A stretch of DNA of 64,000 nt, from positions 36,146,001 to 36,210,000 of the forward strand of contig OZ024755.1 in the NCBI GenBank assembly GCA_964016885.1, given 5' to 3'. Below are positions 24,993 to 39,518 of this stretch, piece by piece (position 1 is the stretch's first letter; every line of letters begins with the position of its first letter). Source of the stretch: Eledone cirrhosa. Its lineage: Eukaryota. Below the pieces are notes generated by a model. That model was not told the origin of the DNA. It was given only the letters and a program-made list of their open reading frames with translations, and did no database searches. The position numbers and the translations under genes are program-made.

Positions 24993-26180
24993 TGTGTGTG
25001 TGAGAGAGAGAGTGTGTGTGTGTGTGAGAGCGAGAGTGTATGTGAGAGAGAGAGAGAGAGTGTATGTGAGAGAGAGAGAGAGTGTGTGTGAGAGAGAGAG
25101 TGTGTGTGAGAGAGAGAGTGTGTGTGAGAGAGAGAGTGTGTGTGTAGAAGAGAGAGTGTGTGTATAGAAGAGAGAGTGTGTGTATAGAAGAGAGAGTGTG
25201 TGTATAGAAGAGAGAGTGTGTGTAAGAGAGAGTGTGTGTGTGAGAGAGAGAGAGTGTGTAGAAGAGAGAGAGTGTGAGAGAGAGAGAGTGTGTAGAAGAG
25301 AGTGTGTGAGAGAGAGTGTGTGAGAGAGAGTGTGTGAGAGAGTGTGACAAAGTGTGTGAGAGAGAGTGTGTGAGAGAGTGTGAGAGAGTGTGTGAGAGAG
25401 TGTGTGAGAGAGTGTGAGAGAGAGTGTGAGAGAGTGTGTGAGAGAGAGTGTGTGAGAGAGAGTGTGTGAGAGTGTGTGAGAGAGTGTGAGAGAGTGTGTG
25501 AGAGAGAGTGTGTGAGAGAGTGTGAGAGAGTGTGTGAGAGAGAGTGTGTGAGAGAGTGTGAGAGAGTGTGTGAGAGAGTGTGAGAGAGTGTGTGAGAGAG
25601 TGTGTGAGAGAGAGTGTGTGAGAGAGTGTGTGAGAGAGTGTGTGAGAGTGTGAGAGAGTGTGAGAGAGTGTGTGAGAGAGAGAGTGTGTGAGAGAGAGTG
25701 TGTGAGAGAGAGAGTGTGTGAGAGAGAGAGTGTGCGAGAGAGAGTGTGTGCGAGAGAGAGTGTGAGAGAGTGTGTGAGAGAGTGTGAGAAAGAGTCTGTG
25801 AATGTGTGTGTGTGTGAATGTGTGTGAGTGAATGTGTGTGAGTGAATGTGCGTGTGTGTGTGTGAATGTGTGTGAGTGAATGTGTGCGTGTGTGTGAGTG
25901 AATGTGTGTGTGTGTATGCATGTGTATATACATGTGTGAATGTGTGTGTGAGTGTGTGTGTGAGTGACTGTGTATGAATGTGTGTGAGTGTGAATGTGTG
26001 TGAGTGTGTTTGTTTGTGTGTGAGAGTGTGTGTGTGTGTATGTGTATGATTGTGCATATGTATGAATATGTGTGACTGTGTGTATGTGTATGATTATGTG
26101 TGTATGGTTGCGTGTGTATGGTTGTGTCAGTGTGTGTATGATTGTGTCAGTATGTAATTATATATGTGTGTGTGTGTGGA
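24221..26180. repeat. compound (GA)n/(GT)n microsatellite field
   Basis: Direct inspection. Confidence 0.95.
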
Positions 26181-26387
26181 GGGGCGCACAGAGAGTAAGA
26201 AAGGAGAAGGGTCTGTAATATAGTCCTGCACCAGTTTTAATCAATCACAAGCCCCTAATCACCCTGTTCCCAAGCCATTAGCTGAAGATCAATAACCTAT
26301 ATTTCTGGTTCAATATATATAGAGACACAGGCTCAACACAGATTGACACCAACCAATATAACCAGATTCTCTCTTGACATCACATCT

Positions 26388-27040
26388 TACACTGACACCT
26401 CCACTGACACCACAGCCACCACTGCCACTGACACCACCACCACCACCACTGTCACCACCACCACCACAGCCAACACCACTGTCACCACCACCACCACTGT
26501 CACCACCACCACCACCACCACTGTGACCACCACCACCACTGCCACCACCACAGCCAACACCACTGTGACCACCACCGCCACCACTGTCACCACCACCACC
26601 ACCACTGCCACCACTGTCACCACCACTGTGACCACCGCCACCACTGTCACCACCACTGTGACCACCGCCACCACTGTCACCACCACCACCACCACTGCCA
26701 CCAGTCACCACCACTGTGACCACCGCCACCACTGTCACCACCACCACCACCACTGTCACCACCACTGTGACCACCGCCACCACTGTCACCACCACCACCA
26801 CTGTCACCACCACCACTGCCACCATTGTCACCACCACCACCACTGCCACCATTGTCACCACCACCACCACTGCCACCACCACCACCACCACCACCACCAC
26901 CACCACAGCCACCACCACCACCACCATTGTCACCACCACCACCACCATTGTCACCGTCATCATCACCATCATTGTCTCCACCACCACTATCATCATCAAT
27001 GTCCTCACCACTCCCAACACCACCACCACCACCATCACTC
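26388..27040. repeat. (CAC)n-rich degenerate microsatellite
   Basis: Direct inspection. Confidence 0.95.
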
Positions 27041-27052
27041 TCAGTATCATTA

Positions 27053-27357
27053 TGGATTGGCAGTATCGGTAGAGGGTCGGACACCATGCTTTGACACATG
27101 GAGTTACTGCCCTTGCCATTCTGAGTTCAAATCCCTCCGAGGTTAACTTTGCCTTTCATCCTTACGGGGTCGATAAAATAAAGTACCAGTAATTCACTGG
27201 GTAATTGCTGGCCTTGTGCCAAAAGTAGAAACAATTATTATCAGATTGATAGCTTCTGATATAGGCACAAGGCCAACAATTCTTTGGTGGGGAGGGAGGG
27301 GAAAGTCGATTAAATCGACCCCAGTGCATCACTGGTACTTTATTTTATCGACCCCCA
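27053..27357. mobile_element. two Deu/Nin-like SINEs tail-to-tail (27053-27236 +, 27253-27357 -)
   Basis: Family consensus is present on both strands. Confidence 0.8.
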
Positions 27358-27361
27358 AGCG

Positions 27362-27632
27362 ATGACTGAGATGGTATGGACATGTGATGCGCATGTAGGA
27401 TGCCCGCTGGGTGAAGAAGTGCCAAGAAATCCCAGTAGAAGGAAGACTCAGTGGAAGGAAGACCACGAAAAACATGGGCGGAGGTGGTGAGAGCTGACTT
27501 CAGATCGCTGAAGCTCACAGAGGAGATGATGTGGGACCGTGATGAATGGAGAGATGTCTTGCTTAATGGGACCTGTCCCACCCTTGCAAGCAGGGAAAAG
27601 CGGACGTAAAATGATGATGATGATGATGATGA
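27362..27632 (+). mobile_element. RTE LINE 3' fragment with (GAT)n tail
   Basis: Near-identical to 7808-8070. Confidence 0.85.
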
Positions 27633-27963
27633 CATTCTCTTCCCCTTCCACACGTATCTGTCTCAGTAAAATTATACACAGCCACAAACAAAGATGGTTA
27701 TTTCAATGAAACAGTCACACAATTTAACAAGATTTTATACATATCCTAACACAAGCACTATCAATGTTTTATTGAGCAAACTGAAACCATATTAACTCCC
27801 TAACTTAGAGGAATGTGATTCGTACAGGCTTGCCCCTTATCTCCCTTTGTCGTGGAAACCTTCTTTGCTAGATTCAAAGCACTTTTGTCAGTTTGTAAAT
27901 GGCTTACTCATTGGACACAGACACGCTGAGAACTTCTTTTGTCATTGCTTCGGAAATAAAGTT

Positions 27964-29511
27964 TTAACCCCTTAGCATTTAAACTGACCATATCCGGCCA
28001 GAATTCTCTCACCACCAGCTGTAACCAGCCACACATACCAACATTAAGGTATTGTTCTCAAAATAAATAACATCAAAATCTCATAGCTTTGATATTATGT
28101 GACATAATTATGTGAGGTAAAGCCTTTACTGTGAAAATACAATAGTATATATAATGTAAATGTTATGTGAGATATTATGTGAGGTAAAGCCTTTACTGTG
28201 AAAATACAATAGTATATATAGAGTAATGTAAATGTTATGTGAGATATTATGTGAGGTAAAGCCTTTACTGTGAAAATACAATAGTATATATAGAGTAATG
28301 TAAATGTTATGTGAGATATTATGTGAGGTAAAACCTTTACTGTGAAAATACAATAGTATATATAGAGTAATGTAAATGTTATGTGAGATATTATGTGAGG
28401 TAAAGCCTTTACTGTGAAAATACAATAGTATATATAGAGTAATGTGAGATATTATGTGAGGTAAAGCCTTTACTGTGAAAATACAATAGTATATATAATG
28501 TAAATGTTATGTGAGATATTATGTGAGGTAAAGCCTTTACTGTGAAAATACAATAGTATATATAGAGTAATGTAAATGTTATGTGAGATATTATGTGAGG
28601 TAAAGCCTTTACTGTGAAAATACAATAGTATATATAGAGTAATGTAAATGTTATGTGAGATATTATGTGAGGTAAAACCTTTACTGTGAAAATACAATAG
28701 TATATATAGAGTAATGTAAATGTTATGTGAGATATTATGTGAGGTAAAGCCTTTACTGTGAAAATACAATAGTATATATAGAGTAATGTGAGATATTATG
28801 TGAGGTAAAGCCTTTACTGTGAAAATACAATAGTATATATAATGTAAATGTTATGTGAGATATTATGTGAGGTAAAGCCTTTACTGTGAAAATACAATAG
28901 TATATATAGAGTAATGTAAATGTTATGTGAGATATTATGTGAGGTAAAGCCTTTACTGTGAAAATACAATAGTATATATAGAGTAATGTAAATGTTATGT
29001 GAGATATTATGTGAGGTAAAACCTTTACTGTGAAAATACAATAGTATATATAGAGTAATGTAAATGTTATGTGAGATATTATGTGAGGTAAAGCCTTTAC
29101 TGTGAAAATACTATAGTATATATATTGAGTAATGTAAATGTTATGTGAGATATTATGTGTGGTAAAGCCTTTACTGTGAAAATACAATAGTAAATATAGA
29201 ATAATGTAAATGTTATGTGAGATAATTGTGAAGTAAAGCCTTTACTGTGAAAATACAATAGTAAATATAGAGTAATGTAAATGTTATGTGAGATATTATG
29301 TGTGGTAAAGCCTTTACTGTGACAATACAATAGTATATATAGAGTAATGTAAATGTTATGAGAGATATTATGTGAGGTAAAGCCTTTACTGTGAAAATAC
29401 AATAGTATATATAGAGTAATGTAAATGGTATGTGAGATATTATGTGTGGTAAAGCCTTTACTGTGAAAATACAATAGTATATATAGAGTAATGTAAATGG
29501 TAAAGGGTTAA
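27964..29511 (+). mobile_element. piggyBac-like MITE expanded by an internal 72-bp tandem array
   Basis: TTAA-ccccttagcattta ... taaatggtaaaggg-TTAA. About 20 copies of ttatgtgagatattatgtgaggtaaagcctttactgtgaaaatacaatagtatatatagagtaatgtaaatg, with a 344-bp higher-order period. Confidence 0.9.
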
Positions 29512-30759
29512 GGAAAGCAAAGAGTATTTGAGACTCATTTACGACAAAAGAAGAGTTCCAAAACAAAGGGAGATAAGAGGGAGCCTCTATGAGTCATATT
29601 CCTCTATAACTAATATTAATGACCAACAAACTACCCAATATACACAGCATAAATATGTGAACATTCAGGATGTCCTTAATCATCTGTACATAAATGTTTG
29701 TGATTCTGTCACAATGCATAAAGAGAGAGGAGTAGTTTGACTACCTCATACTACTCCTCTCTCTTTACGTCTGCTGCTTGTGTGAATGTGTGTGTGTGTG
29801 TAAAAGAAAGGAAGGGGTGGTGGAAAAACTATAGCGAAATAGTGGCTGGTGTTCCATTTGTTATGCTGTGTATGTGTGTATGTGTTTGTGTGAATGTATG
29901 TGTATGTTTGTGTGAATGTATGTGTGTGTTTGTGTGAATGTATGTGTGTGTTTGTGTGAATGTATGTGTGTGTTTGTGTGAATGTATGTGTGTGTTTGTG
30001 TGAGCGTTTGTGTGAATGTATGTGTATGTTTGTGTGAATATATATCAGTGTGTCTGTGTTTGCACATTTACATTTATATACTCTTACCATATAAATGTAT
30101 AAATATACACATATACACATACGTGTCAGCGTGTTGAAAAAAGTCCTAGTAATTTCAAAAAGTTAAGTCCTATAGCCAAATGCAGTAGTAGCTTTACAGG
30201 TTTTATATGGTATCATTGAAGAACTGGTTGAACTGTGAAATATTCTGCACACCAGTAGCCTGACAACTATTGGTTCATTTCATTTTGTACATGCTAAATT
30301 CAACAAGATAAGAAACGAGTATCTGAGAGACAATGTTTTATGGAGTGACAAATTTAACCTATTGACTGCTGCGTACATTTTACACAGATACAGTTGCTGT
30401 GTTGACTGCTGCGTATATTTTACATAGCTTCAGTTGTTGTGCTGGTTTTTTATTCAGTAAAATGACTATTTTTTTTAAACAAACATCTATTAACAACAGA
30501 TATCTGAATGAGTGACAAACATCACATCAATAAACTAGTAACGCCATCTAGCTTTGATGTTATGAACTGCTGGAAACGAGTTCATAACTTTGAAGTTATG
30601 AACTGTTGGAAACGAGTTCAAACATGTTAGGATGAGTTATCTCATCCATGGCACTGAAGAAGTTAATATTTTGCTCAGGCTGCAACAGGAAGAAAATATT
30701 AACAGTTAAAAGATGTTTGATGTTGACTTTTATAAAGCATCTTTTGTGTTGGTTGAGAA

Positions 30760-31095
30760 CAGAAGTTCTCATAGTGGGCACTACCGCCTTCCCAGGGGGC
30801 ATTCAGGAGCTCAAGGGGGCACTGGGGCCTAAGGAGGAGGTGAGTGGGGGTGTGGTAGAGATGATATAATAGTATATAAAATATCAAATGATACATATTA
30901 TATATAAATATAGTATAATATAATAAATCTATAATATTTATTTATAAATAGTATATATTATATATAAATTAACGACTTTATTATATATTATTTCCAATTT
31001 GAATGTAGGCTTATCTCTCTGGAAATAGGAGTGAGGGGTGCTGAGGGTGTTATGTGGCCGTGTGGAGGGGGGATCAAAAAGTTTAAGAAACTCTG
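30760..31095. mobile_element. possible hAT-type MITE
   Basis: Ends cagaagttctca / aagaaactctg with G-rich subterminal motifs; TSD unclear. Confidence 0.4.
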
Positions 31096-31629
31096 CTTTA
31101 GAAGAAAAGTTTCCTGAAGATGAGATACAAGAATGGTCAGTTTTCAATTTAGTTATGATGAGCCCACAGCACGGTACAAAGGTAACCTAAGGGCAGCAGC
31201 AACAAACTCCCTCTTGCGCCAACACAGGCTGGAGATAAAATGTGTAGCAACAAGGGCAGTGCCCCAGCATGGCCTCAGTCAGATGGCTGGAACAGGTAAA
31301 AGATTAGTATATAGCTTTACATTTGATAATAAAAACAAGTTAATACCTTTTTCAAGAAATTAATAGAATTACAAAGGTGGTAATGTTGTTGGCATTAGGA
31401 AGGGTACCCAACTGTAGAAACATGGTAATTGGCTCTAAAACATGGTAAATGGCTCCAATCAGCCATAACCATAATAAAAATATTACAATACATTAACAGG
31501 ATAAAAAGCACCAAGCCTCCAATACAGGAGAGGTAAAATGACTTGAAGCAGTCATTATCTTCTCATGAGCGTTGGTAATAAAAGAAAAGTGAAATAGCTG
31601 CAACCAGTAATTGAATGACAACAATGGAA

Positions 31630-31878
31630 ACAAGCTGACCCAAGGAACCACAACTCTAGTGCTTTTTGTTTTCTCATTTTTAAACCCCCCAAAAAATAAT
31701 TCTACATGTCATTTCTGATAACACAACACAAGCTGACCCAAGGAACCACAACTCTAGTGCATTTTGTTTTCTCATTTTTAAACCCCGAAAAAAATAAGTC
31801 TACATGTCATTTCTGATAACACAACACAAGCTGACCCAAGGAACCACAAATCAAGTGCTTTTTTTTTCTCATTTTTAA
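31630..31878. repeat. ~98-bp tandem repeat, about 2.5 copies
   Basis: caagctgacccaaggaaccacaa recurs three times. Confidence 0.85.
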
Positions 31879-32451
31879 CCCTTTACTGTTTACATTACTC
31901 TATATATTCTATTGTAATCTCGAATCTATGAGATTTTGATGCTATTTATTTTGAGAAAAATTATTGTTTCTACTTTTGGCACAAGGCCAGCAATTACCCA
32001 GTGCTTTACTGGTACTTTATTTTATCGACCCTGTAAGGATGAAAGGCAAAGTTAACTTCGGCGGGATTTGAACTCAGACTGTAAAGGGACATTACTATGC
32101 TGCGAAGCATGGCATCCGACCCTCTACCAATTCTCCACCCTAGTTTGAGAAAAATAATTGTTTCTACTTTTGGCACAAGGCCAGCAATTACCCAGTACAT
32201 TACTGGTACTTTATTTTATCGACCCCGTAAGGATGAAAGGCAAAGTTAACCTCGGCCAGATTTGAACTCAGAATGGCAAGGGCCGTAACTCTATGCTGGA
32301 AAGCATGGCATCCGACCCTCTACCGATACTGCCAGAATGCTAGCCTATTTTGAGAAAAATAATGTCAGTATGTGTGGCTGGTTACAGTTTGAAGAGAAAG
32401 AGGTGAGAGAATTCTGGCTGGATACTGCTGGTTTAAATGCTAAAGGGTTAA
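31875..32451 (-). mobile_element. piggyBac-like MITE containing two tandem Deu/Nin-like SINEs (31962-32138, 32156-32335)
   Basis: TTAA-cccttta ... taaaggg-TTAA. tttgagaaaaa is repeated around each SINE. Confidence 0.82.
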
Positions 32452-33249
32452 ACCCAAAATTCATATTATGTTTTATCATCTTTCTCCTCCTTTCTTCCTC
32501 ACAGAATAACAGCCATAGGCTCCACTTTACTCAAAAGGACTACTTATTCTTCCTGATAAGACATAACAAGCACAGCCAAGAAACCACAACACTGGTGATA
32601 TTTTTCTCATTATCAAACTTAAATTTCATACAATCCTTTATCATCTTCTCTTCTCCTTTCTTGCACATCATATTTTATTAATAAAACACAGAGCTACTGC
32701 CAAATTGACAGTGATTTTCATTTGCATATTTACTGTTACTTTTAACAAGCGAATTAAACACAGAACCAATTTAGGTTGGTTTTGTTGTTGCAGATATAGC
32801 TATCATCATTCTTGTCATTAACTACACCAAGAAAACACCAAATACTTTCAATTTAAATAGAAATGATAATAACTAAGACACATTCACTTCATATTTTCTA
32901 CAGTTACAGTACCATCATAGACATGCATCTGTGGCATCACTCAATGATTATGTGAGCACTTGAATCAAAAGCAATTCCCTACTGCCACCACAATCCCTAA
33001 CAACAAACTCTCTCTCTCTCTCTCCTCTTATTATTTCACACTCTCCTTTACTCTCCCTTTCTGTCTCGCTCTCACATACACAAAGATAGAGAACTGAGGC
33101 TGGGAAACCCCCAGCTGAGATATAAAAAGAAAAGAAAAAGCCCCTGGACTGATTTCAAATTAAATGTCTACAGCAGATGTGCCCCTCTCCAACCAGCCCT
33201 ACACAACACACGCATCACATAGCTTTGTTTTATGTCATTATTTACTTGA

Positions 33250-33620
33250 CGCCATGCTTTGCAGCAAAGAGTTACGCCCCTTTATGGTCTGAGTTCAAAT
33301 CCCGCCGAGGTTAACTTTGCCTTTCATCCTTACGAGGTCGATAAAACAAAGTACCAGTGATGCACTGGGATAATTGCTGGCCTTGTGCCAAATGTAGAAA
33401 CAATTATTTGCTTATTGCCTTATTTGCTAAGGCGGTGGATTGACAGAATCGGTAGAGCGGCGGGCACCATGCTTTGCAGCACAGGGTTACAGCCCCTTTA
33501 TGTTATGAGTTAGAATCCTGCCAAGGTTAGCTTTGCCTTTCATCCTTACGGGCTCGATAGATTAAAGTACCAGTAATTCACGGAGATATTTGCTGGCCTT
33601 GTGCCAAAAGTAGAAACACT
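33250..33620 (+). mobile_element. two tandem Deu/Nin-like SINEs
   Basis: Family consensus occurs twice. Confidence 0.8.
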
Positions 33621-33721
33621 TATTTGTTTATTTCTTATGTTAAAATCTGCAAAGTATGCTATAAGGCTCCAGCATAACTTAATATATTTGACACTCTTCT
33701 TAAAATGAATCTTGTTTGTTG

Positions 33722-35056
33722 ATGTAGTAGTAGTGGTGGTAGTAGTGGTGGTAGTAGTTTTGTTGTGGTTGGTGTAGTAGTACTGGTTTGTTGTGGTTGG
33801 TAGTAGTGGTGGTGGTGGTGGTATTGTTGTGGTTGGTAGTGGTGGTGGTAGTAGTTTTGTTGTGGTTGGTGTAGTAGTACTGGTTTGTTGTGGTTGGTGG
33901 TGGTGGTGGTATTGTTGTGGTTGGTAGTGGTGGTGGTAGTAGTTTTGTTGTGGTTGGTGTAGTAGTACTGGTTTGTTGTGGTTGGTGGTGGCGGTATTGT
34001 TGTGGTTGGTAGTGGTGGTGGTGGTGGTAGTTTTGTTGTGGTTGGTGTAGTAGTACTGGTTTGTTGTGGTTGGGAGTGGTGGTGGTGGTGGTATTGTTGT
34101 GGTTGGTAGTGGTGGTGGTGGTAGTTTTGCTGTGGTTGGTAGTGGTGGTGGTGGTGGTATTGTGGTGGTGGTGGTGGTTTTGTTGTTGGTGGTGGTGGTA
34201 TTGTTGTGGTGGTGGTGGTATTGTTGTGGTTGGTAGTGGTGGTGGTATTGTTGTGGTGGTGGTGGTGGTGGTGGTATTGTGGTGGTGGTGGTATTGTTGT
34301 GGTGGTGGTGGTGGTGGTGGTGGTATTGTTGTGGTGGTGGTATTGTTGTGGTGGTGGTGGTGGTATTGTTGTGGTGGTGGTGGTTTGTTGTGGTTGGTAG
34401 TGGTGGTGGTATGGTGGTGGTGGTATTGTTGTGGTTGGTGGTGGTGGTGGTATTGTTGTGGTGGTGGTGGTGGTGGTATTGTTGTGGTTGGTAGTGGTGG
34501 TGGTGGTGGTGGTGGTGGTGGTGGTATTGTTGTGGGTGGTGGTGGTGGTGGTATTGTTGTGGTTGGGGTGGTGGTGGTGGTGGTATTGTTGTGGTTGGGG
34601 TGGTGGTGGTATTGTTGTTGTTGTTGTGGTATTGTTGTGGTGGTGGTATTGGTGTGGTGGTGGTGGTGGTGGTATTGTTGTGGTGGTGGTGGTGGTATCG
34701 GTGTGGTGGTGGTGGTGGTATCGGTGGTGGTGGTGGTGGTATCGGTGTGGTGGTGGTATTGGTGTGGCGGTGGTGGTGGTATTGTTGTGGTGGTGGTGGT
34801 ATTGTTGTGGTGGTGGTTGTTGTATTGTTGTGGTGGTGGTGGTGGTATTGTTGTGGTGGCGGTGGTGGTATTGTTGTTGTGGTGGTGGTGGTGGTATTGT
34901 TGTGGTGGTGGTGGTGGTGGTATTGTTGTGGTTGGTGGTATTGTTGTGGTGGTGGTGGTGGTGGTATTGTTGTGGTGGTGGTGGTGGTGGTATTGTGGTG
35001 GTGGTGGTGGTGGTGGTATTGTTGTGGTTGGTAGTGGTGGTGGTGGTGGTATTGTT
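33722..35056. repeat. (GGT/GTT)n degenerate microsatellite field
   Basis: Direct inspection. Confidence 0.95.
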
Positions 35057-35725
35057 GATCGGATTAGTAATGGAGGAGGATCCTCCAAGAGCATAGGGTC
35101 TAGAATAATGACAGAATAGAAGTTTAGGGAACTGCTTCCTCTGTTGACAAAGAATGAAAGGCCTGTTATATGATGCCTGTGTGAGATGTGCGATGGTGCA
35201 TGGTTGTGAGACATGGGCAGCAACTGTGGAGGATATGCAACGGCTGGAGTGAAATGAAGCAAGCATGGTCCACTGGATGTGTAATGTCAATGTGCGTGAA
35301 CGACCAAGCATAGATGTGTTGGGAGAGAAACTGTGTAGAAGAGGGATAAACTGTAGTGTGTGGGAGAGAAGACTGAGATGGTATCGACATGTGATGAGTT
35401 GAGAGAGAAACTGTGCAGAAGAGGGATAAACTGTAGTGTGTGGGAGAGAAGACTGAGATGGTATCGACATGTGATGAGTTGAGAGAGAAACTGTGTAGAA
35501 GAGGGATAAACTGTAGTGTGTGGGAGAGAAGACTGAGATGGTATCGACATGTGATGAGTTGAGAGAGAAACTGTGCAGAAGAGGGATAAACTGTAGTGTG
35601 TGGGAGAGAAGACTGAGATGGTATAGACATGTGATGTACATGGAGGATGATCGCTGTGTGAAGAAGTGCCAAGAAATCCCAGTGGAAGGAAGACATAGTT
35701 GAAGAAGACCACGAAAAACATGGGG
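35057..35725 (+). mobile_element. RTE LINE fragment with four tandem copies of an internal 80-bp segment
   Basis: Homologous to 7490-7920; period 80 at 35323, 35403, 35483 and 35563. Confidence 0.88.
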
Positions 35726-36108
35726 CGTCCAATCAGCAGCAAATACGGTACATTGTTATTAATAATTTAGTGCTAAAAAAATATATATATATTGCCACGA
35801 AAATAGCCATTAAAGAAAATCATGGAAGATATTTACGATTCCACGAATATGAGGTGGTTTCCACAAACAATTATTAGTTTGGTTCTATGGTAAATTCCGC
35901 GAATAACCAGGAACGTGAATACCGGGGTACACTGTACTGCCATTCCATCACCCCCAAGTTTCAGAGAAATAATGCAACTGCCTCAACTTGTGTTCTCTTC
36001 AGCCTGATACCAAACTTACTTACCCAGCATCTCAGACATTACATAGCTAACTTCATTCTCTTCTATATAATAAGTGATGTGTTACTTTGTGACTCAAGTC
36101 TCATTGAA

Positions 36109-37744
36109 TACTAAATATACTGAACTTTATCTCTTGTCACTGTTGCAACTTCCATTCCTTACTAAATATACTGAACTTTATCCCTTGTCACTGTTGCAAC
36201 TTCCATTCCTTACTAAATATACTGAACTTTATCCCTTGTCACTGTTGCAACTTCCATTCCTTACTAAATATACTGAACTTTATCTCTTGCCATTGTTGCA
36301 ACTTCCATTCCTTACTAAATATACTGAACTTTATCCCTTGTCACTGTTGCAACTTCCATTCCTTACTAAATATACTGAACTTTATCTCTTGCCATTGTTG
36401 CAACTTCCATTCCTTACTAAATATACTGAACTTTATCCCTTGTCACTGTTGCAACTTCCATTCCTTACTAAATATACTGAACTTTATCTCTTGTCACCGT
36501 TGCAACTTCCATTCCTTACTAAATATACTGAACTTTATCTCTTGTCACTGTTGCTACTTCCATTCCTTACTAAATATACTGAACTTTATCTCTTGTCACT
36601 GTTGCAACTTCCATTCCTTACTAAATATACTGAACTTTATCCCTTGTCACTGTTGCAACTTCCATTCCTTACTAAATATACTGAACTTTATCTCTTGTCA
36701 CCGTTGCAACTTCCATTCCTTACTAAATATACTGAACTTTATCTCTTGTCACTGTTGCTACTTCCATTCCTTACTAAATATACTGAACTTTATCTCTTGC
36801 CACTGTTGTTACTTCCATTCCTTACTAAATATAATGAACTTTATCCCTTGTCACTGTTGCAACTTCCATTCCTTACTAAATATACTGAACTTTATCTCTT
36901 GTCACTGTTGCAACTTCCATTCCTTACTAAATATACTGAACTTTATCCCTTGTCACTGTTGCAACTTCCATTCCTTACTAAATATACTGAACTTTATCCC
37001 TTGTCACTGTTGCAACTTCCATTCCTTACTAAATATACTGAACTTTATCTCTTGTCACTGTTGCAACTTCCATTCCTTACTAAATATACTGAACTTTATC
37101 TCTTGTCACTGTTGCAACTTCCATTCCTTACTAAATATACTGAACTTTATCCCTTGTCACTGTTGCAACTTCCATTCCTTACTAAATATACTGAACTTTA
37201 TCCCTTGTCACTGTTACAACTTCCATTCCTTACTAAATATACTGAACTTTATCTCTTGTCACTGTTGCAACTTCCATTCCTTACTAAATATACTGAACTT
37301 TATCTCTTGTCACTGTTGCAACTTCCATTCCTTACTAAATATACTGAACTTTATCCCTTGTCACTGTTGCAACTTCCATTCCTTACTAAATATACTGAAC
37401 TTTATCCCTTGTCACTGTTGCAACTTCCATTCCTTACTAAATATACTGAACTTTATCTCTTGTCACTGTTGCAACTTCCATTCCTTACTAAATATACTGA
37501 ACTTTATCCCTTGCCACTGTTGCAACTTCCATTCCTTACTAAATATACTGAACTTTATCTCTTGTCACTGTTGTTACTTCCATTCCTTACTAAATATACT
37601 GAACTTTATCTCTTGTCACTGTTGTTACTTCCATTCCTTACTAAATATACTGAACTTTATCTCTTGTCACTGCTGCAACTTCCATTCCTTACTAAATATA
37701 CTGAACTTTATCTCTTGTCACTGTTGCTACTTCCATTCCTTTAC
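36109..37744. repeat. 51-bp minisatellite (about 32 copies)
   Basis: Unit actaaatatactgaactttatcycttgtcactgttgcaacttccattcctt. Confidence 0.97.
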
Positions 37745-38086
37745 ATTTATTGCTATATAACATTACAATTAAAACATGTCATCATGTAGCCTATCTATAA
37801 TACAAAACAGGATCATTTGTCACAAGCAACAAGCAGAAGCTGGCTTATGTTCTGTTGTTGGCTCATGAGTTAACAATTATTAACTCAGCAAAGTAGCTTT
37901 AATCCTCGCCATTAATTGTATCAAGGTATCAAACAATACAAAGAGTTTTATTTAGATATCAAATATTTTAATAACAAATGATTCATACAAACTGAATCAT
38001 GGAACCAAATATAACTCGATTACTTACTGGAATTAAACCTGCATTAACTATACTAAAAAATGCCAAACTACTATTATTTCTAGTGA

Positions 38087-38205
38087 AGGCGCATGGCTTA
38101 ATAGTTAGAGAGTTGGATTCGCAATTGTGAGGTTTTGTGAGTTCAATTCTCGGACTGGGTGATGTGTTGTCTTCTTGAGCAGGACACTTTATTTCATGTT
38201 GCTCT
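38087..38205 (+). mobile_element. CORE-type SINE 5' part
   Basis: aggcgcatggcttaatagttaga..gagttcaattc..ttgagcaggacactttatttca. Confidence 0.78.
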
Positions 38206-38420
38206 TTCTGCCAGGTGTTGCGACCGGTAGATAGTATCAGCAATAGAAAGACCAGCGGAACCCCCTTTAGGAAACCCAGCCCTAAACCACCCTTCAGTGG
38301 AGATATGACAAACAGGTTTCCTTCAACAGCACCAATACACAAGAAGATATTGATGTGCTACCTCCTCTCTATACATGAGTAACAGAGTAGCTCATGATTT
38401 CTCATGATGTCTCCATGTGC

Positions 38421-39190
38421 ATAATGCTACATGTCACAAGCTGATTTCTCACGATGTCTGTATATATAATGCTACATGTCACAAGCTGATTTCTCACGAC
38501 GTCTGTATATATAATGCTATATGTCACAGGCTGATTTCTCACGATGTCTGTATATATAATGCTACATGTCACAGGCTGATTTCTCACGACGTCTGTATAT
38601 ATAATGCTACATGTTACAAGCTGATTTCTCACGATGTCTGTATATATAATGCTACATGTCACAAGCTGATTTCTCACGATGTCTGTATATATAATGCTAC
38701 ATGTCACAAGCTGATTTCTCACGATGTCTGTATATATAATGCTACATGTCACAAGCTGATTTCTCACGATGTCTGTATATATAATGCTACATGTCACAAG
38801 CTGATTTCTCACGATGTCTGTATATATAATGCTACATGTCACAAGCTGATTTCTCACGATGTCTGTATATATAATGCTACATGTCACAAGCTGATTTCTC
38901 ACGACGTCTGTATATATAATGCTACATGTCACAAGCTGATTTCTCACGATGTTTGTATATATAATGCTACATGTCACAGGCTGATTTCTCACGACGTCTG
39001 TATATATAATGCTACATGTCACAAGCTGATTTCTCACGATGTCTGTATATATAATGCTACATGTCACAAGCTGATTTCTCACGATGTCTGTATATATAAT
39101 GCTACATGTTACAAGCTGATTTCTCATGTCTTCATATGTATAATGCTACATGTTACGTTTGTTGATTTCTCGTGGTGCCTTCATATATAT
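38421..39190. repeat. 45-bp minisatellite (about 17 copies)
   Basis: Unit ataatgctacatgtcacaagctgatttctcacgatgtctgtatat. Confidence 0.95.
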
Positions 39191-39370
39191 AATTGTTTCT
39201 ACTTTTGGCACAAGGCCACCAATTCCCCCAGTGCATTACTGGTATTTTATTTTATCGACCCCCGTAAGGATGAAAGGCAAAGTTAACCTCGGCGGGATTT
39301 GAACTCAGATCATAAAGGGCCGTAACTCTATGCTGGAAAGCATGGTGTCCAACCCTCTACCGATACTGCT
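39191..39370 (-). mobile_element. Deu/Nin-like SINE
   Basis: Family consensus. Confidence 0.82.
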
Positions 39371-39406
39371 AACAGTAACTAATAATTTCTCAGAGTCTTC
39401 ATATAT

Positions 39407-39448
<42 letters not shown>

Positions 39449-39518
39449 AATGCTACATGTTACAGCAATGACTTCTGATAGTGCCTTCATATGTATATGG
39501 CTACATGTTGCAGTAACT

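Noticed and set aside
24179-35641. His/Thr/Pro/Val-rich long ORFs
   Set aside because: They are translations of microsatellites.
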